Positions 11,707 to 25,031 of a stretch of 64,000 nt of DNA are shown here, one piece after another. The notes beneath the pieces are model-generated. The model did no database searches. It worked only from the letters and a program-made list of their open reading frames with translations, and was not told the origin of the DNA. A program made the position numbers and the translations under genes. Position 1 is the first letter of the stretch, and every line of letters begins with the position of its first letter. The DNA comes from Podarcis vaucheri (taxonomy: Eukaryota): assembly GCA_965113315.1 (NCBI GenBank), contig OZ220366.1; one strand, 5' to 3'.

Positions 11707-13693
11707 ATGAGGCATCAATAATGAGATCCAAGTGGCCTGAATGACACAAGACGGAACACCAGGTATATTATAGTGGTGGGATGAGGGCTGTGACTGGGGA
11801 TTGCTATATGGATAAACTCAATAGGAAACAGATAACCATTTCCAACTTCTACTTCTAGGTTCTGTACCCAAGCAATCACTCTTTATGTACAACCTTAATC
11901 TCTAGATTAAGAGCCACTTCACCCTTGGTGCACCAAGCATGTTGTCAAGTAGCAAAGGAAGACAGTATCCAGGAGACTTGGCAACTCTCAGCTCCCTGGC
12001 ACATGTTGACAGCCAACGTTTAAGAGATGTTCTTCTCCCTGTCAAGCTTTCTTGGTCCACCTTCTGACACAAGGTTCACAAAGTGAAACATGGACTTTAG
12101 AAGCTGCATTATGTTGTGTTTGAAAGACAGAAAATACCTGGTGATATGCTACATGTGTTCTTGGCTTTCTTTGTGTAACAGTGTAACCTCTGTTAGGTCC
12201 TCATTCAGAACCCCTAATCATGCCTGGGTTTGTTTGAGGGTTTCTTTTTTGGATAAACTATGTCTGCTGCTTTGATCATGCTATCACTATTGTTTGCAGG
12301 AGACTCATGCTGCTATAGCCTGTCCTCTTGCCCATTCTAAATTCTTGCACTGTCTGTGGCCCTTTTGTTTAATGCCAGCTACACAAGAATGTTGGCAAAC
12401 AATCCACTAGTTCTGAACTGTGCTCTTTTGCTGACTTGGGAAGGTGTGTGGGAAAGCCTCTCCATCTCTTCGTGACAATGAGATCAGAGGGAGTCCTGCA
12501 AAACAAATTCCCCTGTGTTCTGCATTTTAAAAAGCAAACTTGTGGCATGCTTTCTTTTGCTGTTCTCTTCCCCTTGCTGCCTTTTGTACACTAACACCCT
12601 CAAGCCTCTCTTGTCTCCAAATAGTCAAATCTCACACGGTTAGGGTGCTTTGCCATTATCAAAGGCTCAGACAGCTTTGCAGTAAAGCCACATAGATGAC
12701 ACAGAAAAGTTCTGCTAACATCCATCGGTGGTTTTGTCACAAACTTTGCAATATTAGCAGTTTGTCATCAATTCTAAAGGGTTTCCTAATGAAATAGATA
12801 GCTTGGATGATTGATTCAATAAACTGCCTGCCAATTCAACACCCCTCTCAAGGCCCCATGTCAAAATTAGTCCTGCTTTTAGTATTGTTTTCTCAAAGTA
12901 TAAGCCTGTTTTGTAACACTGTAATTTCCCTAATTTCCACTTCAGGGAAACCTAGCAACCCACACCTGTTTACAAATGATTCATTTGGAAGCTGATGTCT
13001 TTGGGGCTCATACTTGGCTGGAACCCACCAGACGCATTAACCTTAAAGCCAAGCCCTTGATTGCCAGATTGGTGGGTTGGAAGAGACTGCTCAGTAGGGA
13101 AGAAAATACACTTTACATATGTTCAGAAGCACTGCCTAGATTTTACATAATATGATGGCAGATAATTAACAGGTGTGTGGCTACAGCTTCACCTGCCTGT
13201 CAAATGTGGCACATGGACAGTTGACCACTTTTGAATCTAACCCTGCTTTACAAGCATTTATAGGCATGCTATTAAATTAAAGTATATTTCACATAAAGTA
13301 CACCAAGAGTGAAACCCACAGTATTAACACAGAATGTCTTGGAGAAAAACTGATATATTGAGGGAAGTTGCCCTAAAGCAGATAATGGATGAATTCTAGT
13401 GAATCCATTGGAAGGGAAGTGTTTAATTCTATGGCATTTGAAAATAAAAGACAAAACTTCCAATTAACTTCAGTAAATTAATACTAGCATTGCTCTATCA
13501 AGACTATCAAGACTGTAGAATAGTCACACTCTTCTTGGAAGTCCTACATTTGAGGAGAACTTTGGGAAACATCACATTCATCAACTTTGGCCATTGACTT
13601 CCTTAGCTTCTGCATTCCTCCAAAAGTTAGGACACAAGATAGATTTTTTTCCAGGAGGAGGAGGAGAAGAAGACATTATCTGCTGTATACAAG

Positions 13694-13727
13694 GAAGAAG
13701 AAGAAGAAGAAGAAGAAGAAGAAGAAG

Positions 13728-13757
<30 letters not shown>
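13694..13757. repeat. (GAA)n microsatellite
   Basis: About 21 perfect units. Source of the poly-K and poly-R ORFs. Confidence 0.97.
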
Positions 13758-13758
<1 letters not shown>

Positions 13759-14134
13759 TATCTGCTATATACTTAGGCCACAAGCCAGGTACTTTGAAAA
13801 ACATGGTGATATTCCCTGACTGTCTTCTGAAAGCATTGAATTGGGATCATTTGAGTGGTTTATGATGACACAAAATTTTAGATTGCTTCACAGCATAAAG
13901 CCATCAAAGCAGTATACACAATAAAAATAGAATAAAACACACAGACACACATTCTGAAACCAATAAAACCAATTCAACAAACTGTACAAAAAAGAAAACC
14001 GCACATACAAACTCTAAAACCAACAACACAGTTTTATCAGACATAAAGTTGATCTTCCATAAATGACTGGGTTGCACTTAAGGGAAAGTCTTCTTAAACA
14101 AAAATGTATTCAGTAGGCACCTAAGCACTCAAAT

Positions 14135-14474
14135 TGGCGCTGTGGGTTAAACCACAGAGCCTAGGACTTGCTGATCAGAAGGTCGGCAGTTCTAATCCCT
14201 GCGATGGGGTGAGCTCCCGTTGCTCGGTCCCTGCACCTGCCAACCTAGCAGTTCGAAAGCACGTCAAAGTGCAAGTAGATAAATAGGTACAGCTCTGGCA
14301 GGAAGGTAAATGGCGTTTCCGTGCACTGCTCTGGTTTGCCAGAAGCGGCTTAGTCATGCTGGCCACGTGACCCGGAAGCTGTACGCCGGCTCCCTCGGCC
14401 AATAAAGAGAGATGAGCACCGCAACCCCAGAGTCGGTTACAACTGGACCTAATGGTCAGGGGTCCCTTTACCTT
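14135..14474 (+). mobile_element. Sauria SINE, slightly 5'-truncated
   Basis: Highly similar to the 8297 copy, with tail ccctttaccttt. TSD taagcactcaaat (14122-14134) / taagcacccaaat (14475-14487). Confidence 0.92.
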
Positions 14475-14638
14475 TAAGCACCCAAATGCTAGGTGCCTGT
14501 CTAGAATGGTCCCTGCTTATGGTGTTGCAGCATCACTACCCTGGTTCTCCAGGTCCTGGAAAAGTGTACCTCACCCAGCAGGAGCACTACCCTGCTTGAA
14601 CCCTGCCTGGGAGGAGGCCCAGCTTTCTCACCTGCTGT

Positions 14639-15236
14639 TGTCAAGGCTCAGGTCAGGCGTAGGTCATGAATAAAACAGCAGATCTCCATAAGTCAAGGTG
14701 AAACTGAAGCACCCTGGCCTAGAGGTCCCAGCAACCCTTCTCTGCAGGTCTTGATCTGATGAGGCAGGTATGAGGACTTCCCAGTGCCCACTACTCCCCC
14801 CCCATAGGACTTTCCCAAGCAATCTCAAACTGAACTTGCGCACAACTGATTTCTGTTCAGCCTGCTCTATTTCCCTGCATGTTGTTGGAGACCAAGTGAG
14901 TTGAGAGCTGAGTGCAGCCAGACGGGGAGATTCCCAGGCTTCTTCAGCATCATGCCTCTCTGTCTCCTGTCTCCTCACCTATCCAGACCCCTCTTCTGCC
15001 TCAGAGTCTGAACTGTCCTCTGTCTCCGCTTTTCCTGTTCACTAAACCCTATTGCCTCTACTGTGTATGAACCTTGGTCCTCCTGGTCGGCTCTTCCTCC
15101 TCCTTCTCTGTCGGATCACCCATCATCATTCCACCACCAATCCCCAGGCTATGAGCCATTTTCCCAAGGGAACTCCCTTGGGTGTTCCCCAGCTGTCGCC
15201 TCCCACAATTCCTCTGCACCCAGCCAGTCCATAACA
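14639..15236 (-). mobile_element. Solo LTR (probably Gypsy-type), 598 bp
   Basis: TG...CA termini (minus strand TGTTAT...TGACA) and 5-bp flanks gctgt/gttgt. The purine-rich minus-strand body resembles LTRs I recall from lacertids. No internal coding region. Confidence 0.75.
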
Positions 15237-15427
15237 GTTGTGGTCCTTGGAGCTGCTATCAATCTGAAGAGAGGTTCCCATGGACATGCTGTGTTCCTTG
15301 TGCCACACCCCTGGCCGTGGGGCAAAAACTCAGCATGTTGAATGTACTTGTATTCCGTTTGAGGTTGGTAAGCTAGGATTGCAAATGTACAGACTGACAA
15401 ACAAGGCTCCTGTGCTTTTCATGGGAC

Positions 15428-15620
15428 CATAGGAAGCTGTCAAACTGAGTCAGACCATTGTTCCATCTAGCTCAGGACTGTCTATGCTGACCACAAGTAG
15501 CTCTTCAGGTCCTGGTGCCAGGGGTGGGTGGCATTCCCAGTCCTACCTGGAGATGCCAAGGACTGAACCTGAGACCTTTTGCATGCAAAGCAGATGCTCT
15601 ACCTCTGAGCTATGACCCTT
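15428..15620 (-). mobile_element. tRNA(Ala)-like SINE with CR1-type tail, apparently nested in a hAT-like MITE (~15373-15729)
   Basis: Minus strand reads gggtcatagctcagaggtagagcatctgctttgcatgcaaaaggtctcaggttcagtcc (A/B boxes, TGC loop). Tail ...ggtctgactcagtttgacagcttcctatg. Flanks taggattgc... and ...ggtcacccta resemble TIRs. Confidence 0.7.
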
Positions 15621-16652
15621 TGGGTTTTTACCCTATACAGATTGTCATGCAGAGATGACAGATGTTAGTACTTCTTAACAACCATTAAAGGTACAGGATC
15701 CCTTTCCTAATTTACATCTGGTCACCCTATGTGCAGTTCTGACCTCCTGTCAGTCAGGTTAGGTTTGACAGCTGCTGCCAATTACCACATATGAAGCCAA
15801 TCAAGCTCATGCAGGAAACTCAACAGGAAATGAAGGAAATGGGAATCACACAGACATTGGTTCACTCCCTTTTGAATATTAAGTTCCAGAAATGTAACTG
15901 CAATAAAAACCTGTTCAGCAGGGACTTGATACCCAGATCTTGATGCGAACAGACTTCTAAAAATGGACACCTCCACCTCCAGTTATATTTGCTAAACTAT
16001 TTCATTTTTTTAAAAAAAACAGAAGGAAGGATAATGTTGCCAACAAACATCCTTCCTAACTTACATTGTGGCCCTGTGACTAGTACTAATTTTGAACTGC
16101 CTTTGCACTTTGTTAGTTTAATTCTTGATAGATAAAGCAATGAGCTATCCAAACCAAAACTCTGAAAATCTGCTGTGTGTAATCCACCCCTGGTATTAAA
16201 AATGAAAAGCCAGCTATTGTTTATAAGAAGGAACTGTCTGAACTTTCTGCCAAAAACGCACACACAAAACACCTGACTAACCAACTTTACATCTGCATGC
16301 CAGAGCACACAATGTTTTTGAAACATGACAACAGCCATGCATGTTTTGATAAAGGACACATGAGACATATACCTATGACTGGGTATTTGGGGGCACTGAA
16401 AAGCACACTCATTGTTCCTAGAGGAAGTCCTAGTACACTTAATGCTCAAAGTCAGATTAAGCCTTCAAAATTCCTAGTTAAGCTTTGGAAATTTAAGTAA
16501 ATTGTATGGTTTTGGTGTTTTACTTTGCTTTCATCAGGTCTCTGTGACAGTATCATAAAGTCTGAATTATATTTGCAATTAGAAGATGTGTGGTTCACTT
16601 TGATTTGCTTTGATTTAAATCTAAGCTTTGAATTCTCAAGCTTTAAATAAAA

Positions 16653-16776
16653 CATGTGGTGGCTAACCTGTTGCCCTCCAGATGTTGCTGGACTATAAGT
16701 CTCGCTATCCCTGACCATTGGCCCTGTTGGTGAGGAATGACAGCAACATGTGGAGGACCACAGATTAGCCACCCTG
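16653..16776. mobile_element. Palindromic hAT-type MITE
   Basis: ccagatgttgctgg...cagcaacatgtggagg inverted arms. Same family as 19293, 32444, 43299, 46263 and 61216. Confidence 0.7.
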
Positions 16777-17889
16777 GTCTACAACCTGCACAGACACATT
16801 TAGGGAACTTGATGTAGCAGCCCATTAGCAGGACTGGTCACAGACATTTTGCTGCAAATGGTGACCCTGCTGTCTCACCAAGGCAAGGTACATGAGACTT
16901 AAGTTCAGTCACATTATTTTGGCACCTGAAGTGGAAAATCCCACATGTTCCTCTTTTCCTTCCTGACAATAAAAAATACAACAGTAAATAGCTAGCAACT
17001 TGCTGCCCTCTCATGAAATTAGCTGAGATGGCTGCCTCGCTCAACCAATGGGCATGTGTTGCTTTCCTTGCAATCCATTTCCTTAACCATTTTTTTCCTC
17101 TGTGGTTGGAAGAAAACACAGTTCATTGGAAACTGGAACTTACTGGTTTGCCAGTTTCTCCTCTCATGTTTTTTTTCAGACGAATGTGAATTGGGAAATG
17201 GTAACAATCCAAACCAGCTAAGCTTACCTGGCAAAGAAGAAATTCTTGGATTAAAATGTGTATCCACAGATAAGCAGGAAATGTAGAAAGCATGTGTTAA
17301 GCAATTTACAACTTGTATTACGTAGTAGCTAGGCTGTGTTTTATCAATGTTTGGCTGAATCGTGTTTGTTGAGTGCTTCTGTATATGCCCTATTTGTTCC
17401 CCTACTTAGATCAGAATATTTTATTTGCCTTTAGCTTGTTAACACCTTTTCTTTGGAAGAGAAGAAAAGAGACATTAGGTTTGGGAATGCTGCCACTGAC
17501 ATCAGTGGAGAAAAGTCCAATAGCCAGATATCTGTATTGTTTCTTAATTCCTTTTTATCAACATACTGAGAAAGCTTCTGCCTGGCTACCATCCCTGTGA
17601 AGTGCTGTTACTTGACATGGCCTCCACCGGAGTAAAGTTTGGGTCCCATTTTTTTTGGCAGAAATCAAAGAACAGAGATAAAATGTGAGACTCTCAAATT
17701 ATGGAACTCCTTCCCTTTGGAGAGGCACACAATACTGTCATTTGTGAGATTTCAGCATCACTTTCAGATTCATTTCTTCATCTACTGTTTGGGGGAAATG
17801 AAGCTGACTGGCTGAAACTGATTTATCTATTGCTGTTGATATGCGTCAGGGCTAACAGTTTTAATGTTATGATGATTTTGATTCATTTA

Positions 17890-18345
17890 GATGGGGGGGG
17901 GGCCTTTGGTCCATGGGGCATTCTAATTTGGCCCACAAGGACCTGCCCCTGAGACCACACCACTCCCACCTTTGTAATGTCAGCTTTGTCCTCACCACAC
18001 ATCAGCTGATGTGCAAGGATGTCAGACTTGTCTAGTCTGAATGTGTAGGAGAGTTCCTCCAGAACTATGCAGAAAGCATGAGTGATCTCCCTGCACATCA
18101 ACTCATGAGCAGATAAGTAAGTTCTGCCCTGTTTAGGCACAGTAGATCCCAAAATAATGGATGCCTGGGAACAGCTGTGCAAAGGATTTTGACAGGAGGA
18201 CAGGACATCCCACCTGACAATCATCTGGTTCCATAACTGTCATGTGAATGACAGGTGGCTTGCCCCACCCACCTGTCAAAGGTGGCCCTTAGGGTAGAAC
18301 CAGAGAAGGTTCTGGCCTACAGAGCCAAAACAATTCCCCATTCCT
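17890..18345. mobile_element. Degraded hAT-like non-autonomous element
   Basis: tttggcccac / ggtggccc subterminal motifs and ...ttccccattcctg terminus. Confidence 0.45.
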
Positions 18346-19292
18346 GGTTTAGATGTATGGTTTAATGAGTGGTTTTACTGTTTTAATGGGAATACTGTAA
18401 ATCTCCTTGGATCCCTTTTAGATTAAAGACAACAAAAAACCTCTTGAGGGGGCTGTATTCAGGTCATGGGCCATGGGTTATCCGCCTCTGACCTAAGGGC
18501 TGCGTGTTATGAGAAATTTAGTATGCAGGTTCTAATAGCTTATTGCAAAATAGATACATACTGCATCAGTTATGAAGATTGCCTTGGTAATATGTTTCAG
18601 CTATTACCTTCCCCTTCAAAATACATCCAACAGGCAAAGGATAAGGCTCCACTTATGTGTGTTTTGATGGGAAAATCCCGGGCAGAAACAGGAAACCAAG
18701 TACAAACAACCAAGTCAAAAAAAGCTCCAGCTACAAATGCACCGTATCGTATGATGTATACATAATTGAAATGTATACACCACTTCCTAACTGGGCAGAC
18801 TTGCATAAATAATCTCACAATGCAGCACACCATATTCGTTACTTAACTGCTGAGTCACCTGGCACGGCTGCTCTTTCTGACCTCACAGAACCCTTGCTAC
18901 TTCACAGGCCTGTCAAAGTGTTTTTCTCCTCTCCCCCTCCCCTTTTTATTGGGACAGGGGCATTCCAGAAAGTTATTGATGGGTAAATGAATGCAAGAGT
19001 GAAATTTCACACATTCAGCAATGTTTTAGTAGAGTTTAAAAAAAAACCAAAAAACCCTGAGTCCAGATTTGTTCTGATGTGGAAAGTAAATACATTGGTC
19101 AGGTTCAGACGGCAGCCTTTATTTTATTAGCTGTGGGAGGAGGTCAGGTATCCTGTTGTTTGGAAACCATTTGATCATGCAGATAATGAGCATAGGTGAG
19201 AAAACAAGCTCATTCCCTGTTGTGGTGGTAATCACCCACCTTTTAATGCTTACCCTGTCATAGTACAATGACCACTTTCTGTTCATATAGGC

Positions 19293-19429
19293 CAGGGATG
19301 GGGAACATCTGATACTCCAGCTGTTGTTGTGTTCTGATCCCCATCATCCTTGAACTTTATCCCTGCCAGTTTAGGCTGATGGGAGTTGCAGACTGGCAAC
19401 ATTTGGGGAGCCACAGGTTCTCCTCCATG
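19293..19429. mobile_element. Palindromic hAT MITE with 8-bp TSD
   Basis: cagggatggggaac...ggttctcctccatg. Flanks atataggc/atatatgc match at 7/8, the hAT TSD length. Confidence 0.8.
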
Positions 19430-20852
19430 ATATATGCAGTGGGGCAAAATTGGAGTGATATGCGCAACCTTTTTTGTACTGTTGGGAATCCCTTAGAAAG
19501 GGGTTAGGAAACCTGTGGCTCTCAATATGTTACTAGACTAACTATTCTCATCTTATATTTTTAGGCTGCATACTACCTTGTGGTATTTCATATGAAAATA
19601 TGGTCTATAACTATTTAAACAAATAAATATGCACGAGGAGGACACAATTTTGGGGCAACCACTGGAAAATGGGACCCATATCCAGCCCAAGACTAAAATC
19701 AACAGAGAGTTTCACCTTATTGAAAGCTCAGTTTAGACTGCCAGGCCAGCTCCTCAGGCAACAACTAGGTAGGAATTAGGGCCTTCTACATCCCACACAT
19801 ACTCTGTTTGATTCAGCCAATGCCTGCAAATAAATAGGATCTTGGTCTAGTTATACTCCAAGACTAGTGTCCAATTCTTTATTGCCAAATGCAATCTCTG
19901 AATTGTCTCTCACTAGGGGCCTCTCTGAAACACAAAGCAGAAAATTACTTCCTGTCTGTGTTAAATTTTCTACTGAAAACATCAATTTAATTTAATTTAA
20001 TTTAACTCTGGAGTGCTCTGGAGCTGAAAGGAGGGAAATGAGATCCACCTAAGGCACAATTACTTACAACTTGTATCGTGCCAACTTCATCACGCAGCCT
20101 GCTAAACAACTGTGTGTTTACTTTAACTCTTTTAAAAGGCAAGCAATGACCTGAAGAGACACAGCAGCACTCCTCCTCCCAGAGCTTCTCCTCACAGGTT
20201 TCCTGGAGGCTAAGCTGAAGGATAGAATGGAAACTTTGGACCTATTCAGTCATAATGTTACCATGTGGTGCTAGCCATCAAAAAGATGCAACCAACTAAT
20301 GTGGGTGGGGCTCCACACAGCCCATATGAATGTCTTATACAGTGAACCACATGGTTTGGAGCTGTCACAAGAAATACTCCCATGCCTGCTAGTGTCCTTT
20401 TCTCCCTGCCAGCAACTGTTCCATGTAATGATAGTACTGAACCATATGGCCCGCTAATTACAAAAGTGACGTTAGATGTTTGTGTGTGTATCTGGCTTTA
20501 GAAACCAGAGTGCTGTTAGCTATAATCCTGCCCCACCTTGCCTATAACGCTCATTTGAAGATTCTGGGAAGAGGAAGGAAGCTCCTTCTTGCAGATGTAC
20601 AGCTTTAAAATAATGTCCAGCAAAGGAGAAGGAGGCATCCAGCCCCTCTTACAGAAACTGGGGTCTAGCAACTTGGGAACGGTAGGCCTTGCTGTGCAGT
20701 TACTGCTAATGTTGAATGCAGGTGATTTGGACGTGACTTTGCCCAAGAGCCCCTTAAACTGGGAGATGCCCCTAGATTGGTGGTAATCGAGAGGGAAAAT
20801 ATGTTTGTTTTCTTGATGCAAATTAAGCGAGACAACGTCTACTTCTGAGATA

Positions 20853-21072
20853 CAGTGGACCCTCCGGATACGAACTTAATTCATTCCAGGGGTCCATCAC
20901 ACCCCGAAAATTACTTAAGTAGAGGCGCCGCTTCTGCACACATGCGCGGCGCAATTGAGCGCTTCTGCACATGCGTGCACAGTGAAATCCAGAAGTATAC
21001 ACTTCTGGGTTTGCCGTGCTGGCAACCCGAAAGTTACGTTACCCAAAGGTAATGTAACCCGAGGGTCTACTG
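20853..21072. mobile_element. Tigger/pogo-type MITE (family B)
   Basis: TA|cagtggaccctc...gagggtctactg|TA with a CpG-rich, partly palindromic interior. Confidence 0.88.
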
Positions 21073-22991
21073 TATTGTGATTTCTTCTTAATTCCTACAC
21101 TAAACTACTTGAGCTATTTTCAGAGAAAAGGGCTTCTGATCCAAGTTATGTCTGTGAGATTGTCATATTTATACATCATAAAATACTCCATAAGGAATCT
21201 AGTATTGAATTTCTTAGGAAGTGTCTGAAAAGCGATACCAGAGTAATAGATGACAGTATTTGCCTAGAAGGCCAGCCCTACCATTAGCTGAAGTAAGGTA
21301 GCTGTGAACAAGTATGTGTGAATTTACTATATAGTTTATCTTTGTAGATTATAGCATAAGTATAAAAGTTGACATAATAGAAATATGACATGAGATTCTC
21401 CATCATGAACCTTGATTGACTTTGGTTCAAGCCTCAACTCAAAGTGTGTCCTAAAGGCATTAGGCATATCCTGAGTTCCTCACACCTTTTAAAAATCAAC
21501 ACATGTAAATCAAGGGCCATTACCAAGATAATGGTAAGAGAGAGAGCAGACAAAGGATAGCCAGTTCAGTCACAGCCCACTAAGGACAATTTTCATTCAA
21601 ACACTAATCTGCAAGATGGGTGAGGTGAGAAGCAGACAGGAAATTCTGGGATAAATTCAAAAGCACAATAAAACTAGCTGCTCATCTCAAGGTTCCCCTT
21701 CACTCTCCATTGCAATACCTTGACCTAAAGGTTATACAAACCCCAGATCCCTAAAATAATATTTTGGCTCTCTCAGCTCCAGTAAGACTGAACTTACTCA
21801 GTAATGCCAAAAATTCAGTACATGCCTAAAAGATAGGTATACCATTCTCCCCTCCCCTCCATTTCTTAACTTCCTATTAGTGTGGGTCTTGCTGACAAAA
21901 TTGTCATGCTCACTTCTGTAAGCTTTTGAGAATAGGTAGGGTTTCTTCCACCTTCCATAGTTAGAAAACTATCCAGTGAGGCCGGTAGTTGAAACATTCA
22001 TCCCATGCCTTGTGCAGCATTGTCCTATAGCACTACCTAGGATTGCACCAATCCATGAATCATGGCTGCTCTGTCTCCTCCGTTCCCTTTAATGGAGTAT
22101 GTGTGGGAATCTGTGCACATCCCAAAGAAATGAATGGACGTTGTCAGCAGTATCCCTTGGTGGGTTGTGCTTCTGTAATTTGGAGGATAAAGTAAACTAA
22201 ACTCTTCACTAAAAGTCAAAACCAAACCTAAAACAGATTTTTTTTTCCTGTTTCAGTGACAGCTGGATGGGATCCCTGTCTTCTGGTTCTTCTTATTTTG
22301 CATGAGGCGTAATTGTGCCAGAAACCTACAAGAAAAGACCTTACCAGTCTGCTTACCCAGAGAAGTTATTTAAAAAGTTACCAAGTTATAGAAGCTCAGC
22401 AAAAAATACATCAAACAATATTGTATATATCCTCTTCGGTTAAGAATTCCCATTTGGGATCTGGCATATTTTACCACATTGAATCCACGCTACCAATGTT
22501 TAATTTAAAAACAGCACTTGAATAACGTTGGTTAGGTCTTCTAAAAAGTTTAATGTGGAAAAGCAATACTTTACCAAGAGCAACATGGTCAGTTCAGCTG
22601 ACATTATTGGACACTTTCCTTGGCTCACAGCATGAAGTCATGATGTGGGCAGCACTATCTCCATTCACTTCCCTTTGTCCTAATGCATCTCCTCTTGCAA
22701 CAGGGATTCTCCTCCCCCCACCTACAGTTTCCTGTGCACTTCCAAATCTTGAGAGTTAGGGGACCCTCTGGAGCCGATTTTTGGAAAACATACAGGGGAC
22801 TGGATAAGAGAAACAAGAAGTCCCATTCGGCAAGTGGATTTCTTTTGTGCTCCCAGGTGAATATTGTTGGATGTCACATATAGATAGGCCAGCATCTAGT
22901 TAGCAAATCTAAATCAGTTTTAATCTGATTAGCTGATGGGGAATGCTCACAAAAAGACCCTGCCCTCCTAAAATGAGGACTAGATTGTTTA

Positions 22992-23233
22992 CAGTGGTAC
23001 CTCGGGTTACAGACGCTTCAGGTTACAGATGCTTCAGGTTACAGACTCTGCTAACCCAGAAATAGTACCTCAGGTTAAGAACTTTGCTTCAGGATGGGAA
23101 CAGAAATCGCACAGCAGCGGTGTGGCTGCAGCGAGAGGCCCCATTAGCTAAAGTGGTGCTTCGGGTTAAGAATAGCTTCAGGTTAAGAACGGACTTCCAG
23201 AACGAATTAAGTTCTTAACCCGAGGTACCACTG
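22992..23233 (+). mobile_element. Tigger/pogo-type MITE (family A, copy 2)
   Basis: TA|cagtggtacctcgggtta...taacccgaggtaccactg|TA. Confidence 0.93.
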
Positions 23234-23277
23234 TATTTGTTATTGCATTCATATAGCACACCCTATAAGATCTCAAA

Positions 23278-23470
23278 ATCAGATGTCAAAGAAATAAACA
23301 ACTATCTGACATTTAGAAGACATCTGAAGGCAGCCCTGTTTAGGGAAGTTTTTAATGACTGTTGTTTTAATGTATTTTTAATCTTTTCTTGGAAGCCGCC
23401 TAGAGGGCTGGGGAAACCCAGCCAGATGGGTGGGGTATAAATAATAAAGTATTATTATTATTATTTATTA
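23278..23470 (+). mobile_element. L2 LINE 3' end
   Basis: cagatgtcaaagaaataaacaactatctgac...gggtataaataataa plus (TTA)n tail. Matches the 24599 and 31593 copies. Confidence 0.8.
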
Positions 23471-24597
23471 TAACAAAAGAAGAAAGAAAATGAAACATCC
23501 TCCACCCCAAAACAATAAAAATTATAACAAATTCATTTTTAAAAATACCATTAAAATACAATGTAAAATTCAATTTAAAACAGAGAGACTCAAGCTGTAC
23601 CACAAAGTTGCTTAAAAGGCCTGGGTGAATAGAAAGGCTTTCAAATGGCACCACAAAATCCACAAAGATGGTGCCAGGTGAAGCACTCTGGGAATGACAG
23701 AGCCAACAAGGAGCTCAGCTTATTTCTGGCCAGGTTTCTTTAACCCAGATGGGCTTGCTACTTGCTGCACATCTGCTGCAGCCCTCCAAGAGCACACTTT
23801 GCCTTCGGCATATGAGTGTATATAAACACATAGCTCCTGTCAAAAACAAGGGCAATGTTCTTAAAGGCTTAACGAAGAGATGGGGTGGGGGACATAATGC
23901 TTGCACATACCCAGAAAGTTCCAGTTGAGGAAATCCAGAGAGCTCTCCTGAGGTAACTGCTGACAGGGATACAGAGACGGCTGATGGTTTAGGAGGCCCT
24001 GAACAATTTGGAACAGAATATTGTGTACCATCAAGTGAAGGGATCCAGAAGCTTCTCTGCTCTCTAGCTTTGCAGCTATTTACTGTTTCCCCTAAAACAA
24101 AGTACATGATTACTTGACAGGCCTGGCTCTACTGGACATTTTATTTCAACTAAACGGCAAAGTATGGCTGCTGAATCCTAATTACATCATTTTCCTGGAT
24201 AGGAGGTTTTACTGTTACTACTACATGGGTGAGGATCTGAACCACAGTACTGTTAGGAAACTGGATATCAAGATCTGAAAAAGTTGTTACAACAGTGGAA
24301 AGGGACTGATCAAAGACTTACAAATGCTGAGCTATTCCGGTTGCATCTGATTATTAAGAGGATGTATCAACTATTTTCCATTATTATTCATTTCTGGTTG
24401 TAAAAATAAAACATTGTTGAAGTTCGCCTTTGCAGAGAAGTTTGCCTTTTCACACTAGCAAAGTGACCCCAAGTCCTGTTTGTGTATTATTTAAATTGTA
24501 AGTTACCACATGAGGCAGGGTGGGTGGGAGAGCAGGGACAAATATTCTAGCTCCACCTCCCCTTCTCTGTGCCCATTCTCATCACATTTCACAAGCT

Positions 24598-24598
<1 letters not shown>

Positions 24599-24644
<46 letters not shown>

Positions 24645-25031
24645 TTATACCCCGCCCATCTGACCGAGTTTCCCCACCCACTCTTGGCGGCATCCAACAC
24701 AATATTAAAATACAGTAATGCATCAAACATTAAAAGCTTCCCTAAACAGGGCTGCCGTCAGATGTCATCTAAAAGTCTGGTAGTTGTTCTCTTTGACATC
24801 TGGTGGGAGGGCATTCCAGTGTGGGAGCCACTACCGAGAAGGCCCTCTGCCTGGTTCCTTGTAACTTGGCTTCTCACAGTGAGGGAACCACCAGAAGGCC
24901 CTCAGGGCTGGACCTCAGTGTCCAGGCTGAATGATGGGGGTGGAGACGCTCCTTCAAATACACTGGACCGAGGCCATTTAGGGCTTTAAAGGTCAGCACC
25001 AACACTTTGAATTGTGCTTGGAAACGTACTG
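24599..25031 (-). mobile_element. L2 LINE 3' fragment with (TTA)n tail
   Basis: Translation VRFQAQFKVLVLTFKALNGLGPVYLKERL is L2 ORF2 C-terminal. (TAA)n at 24599-24643. Confidence 0.88.
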
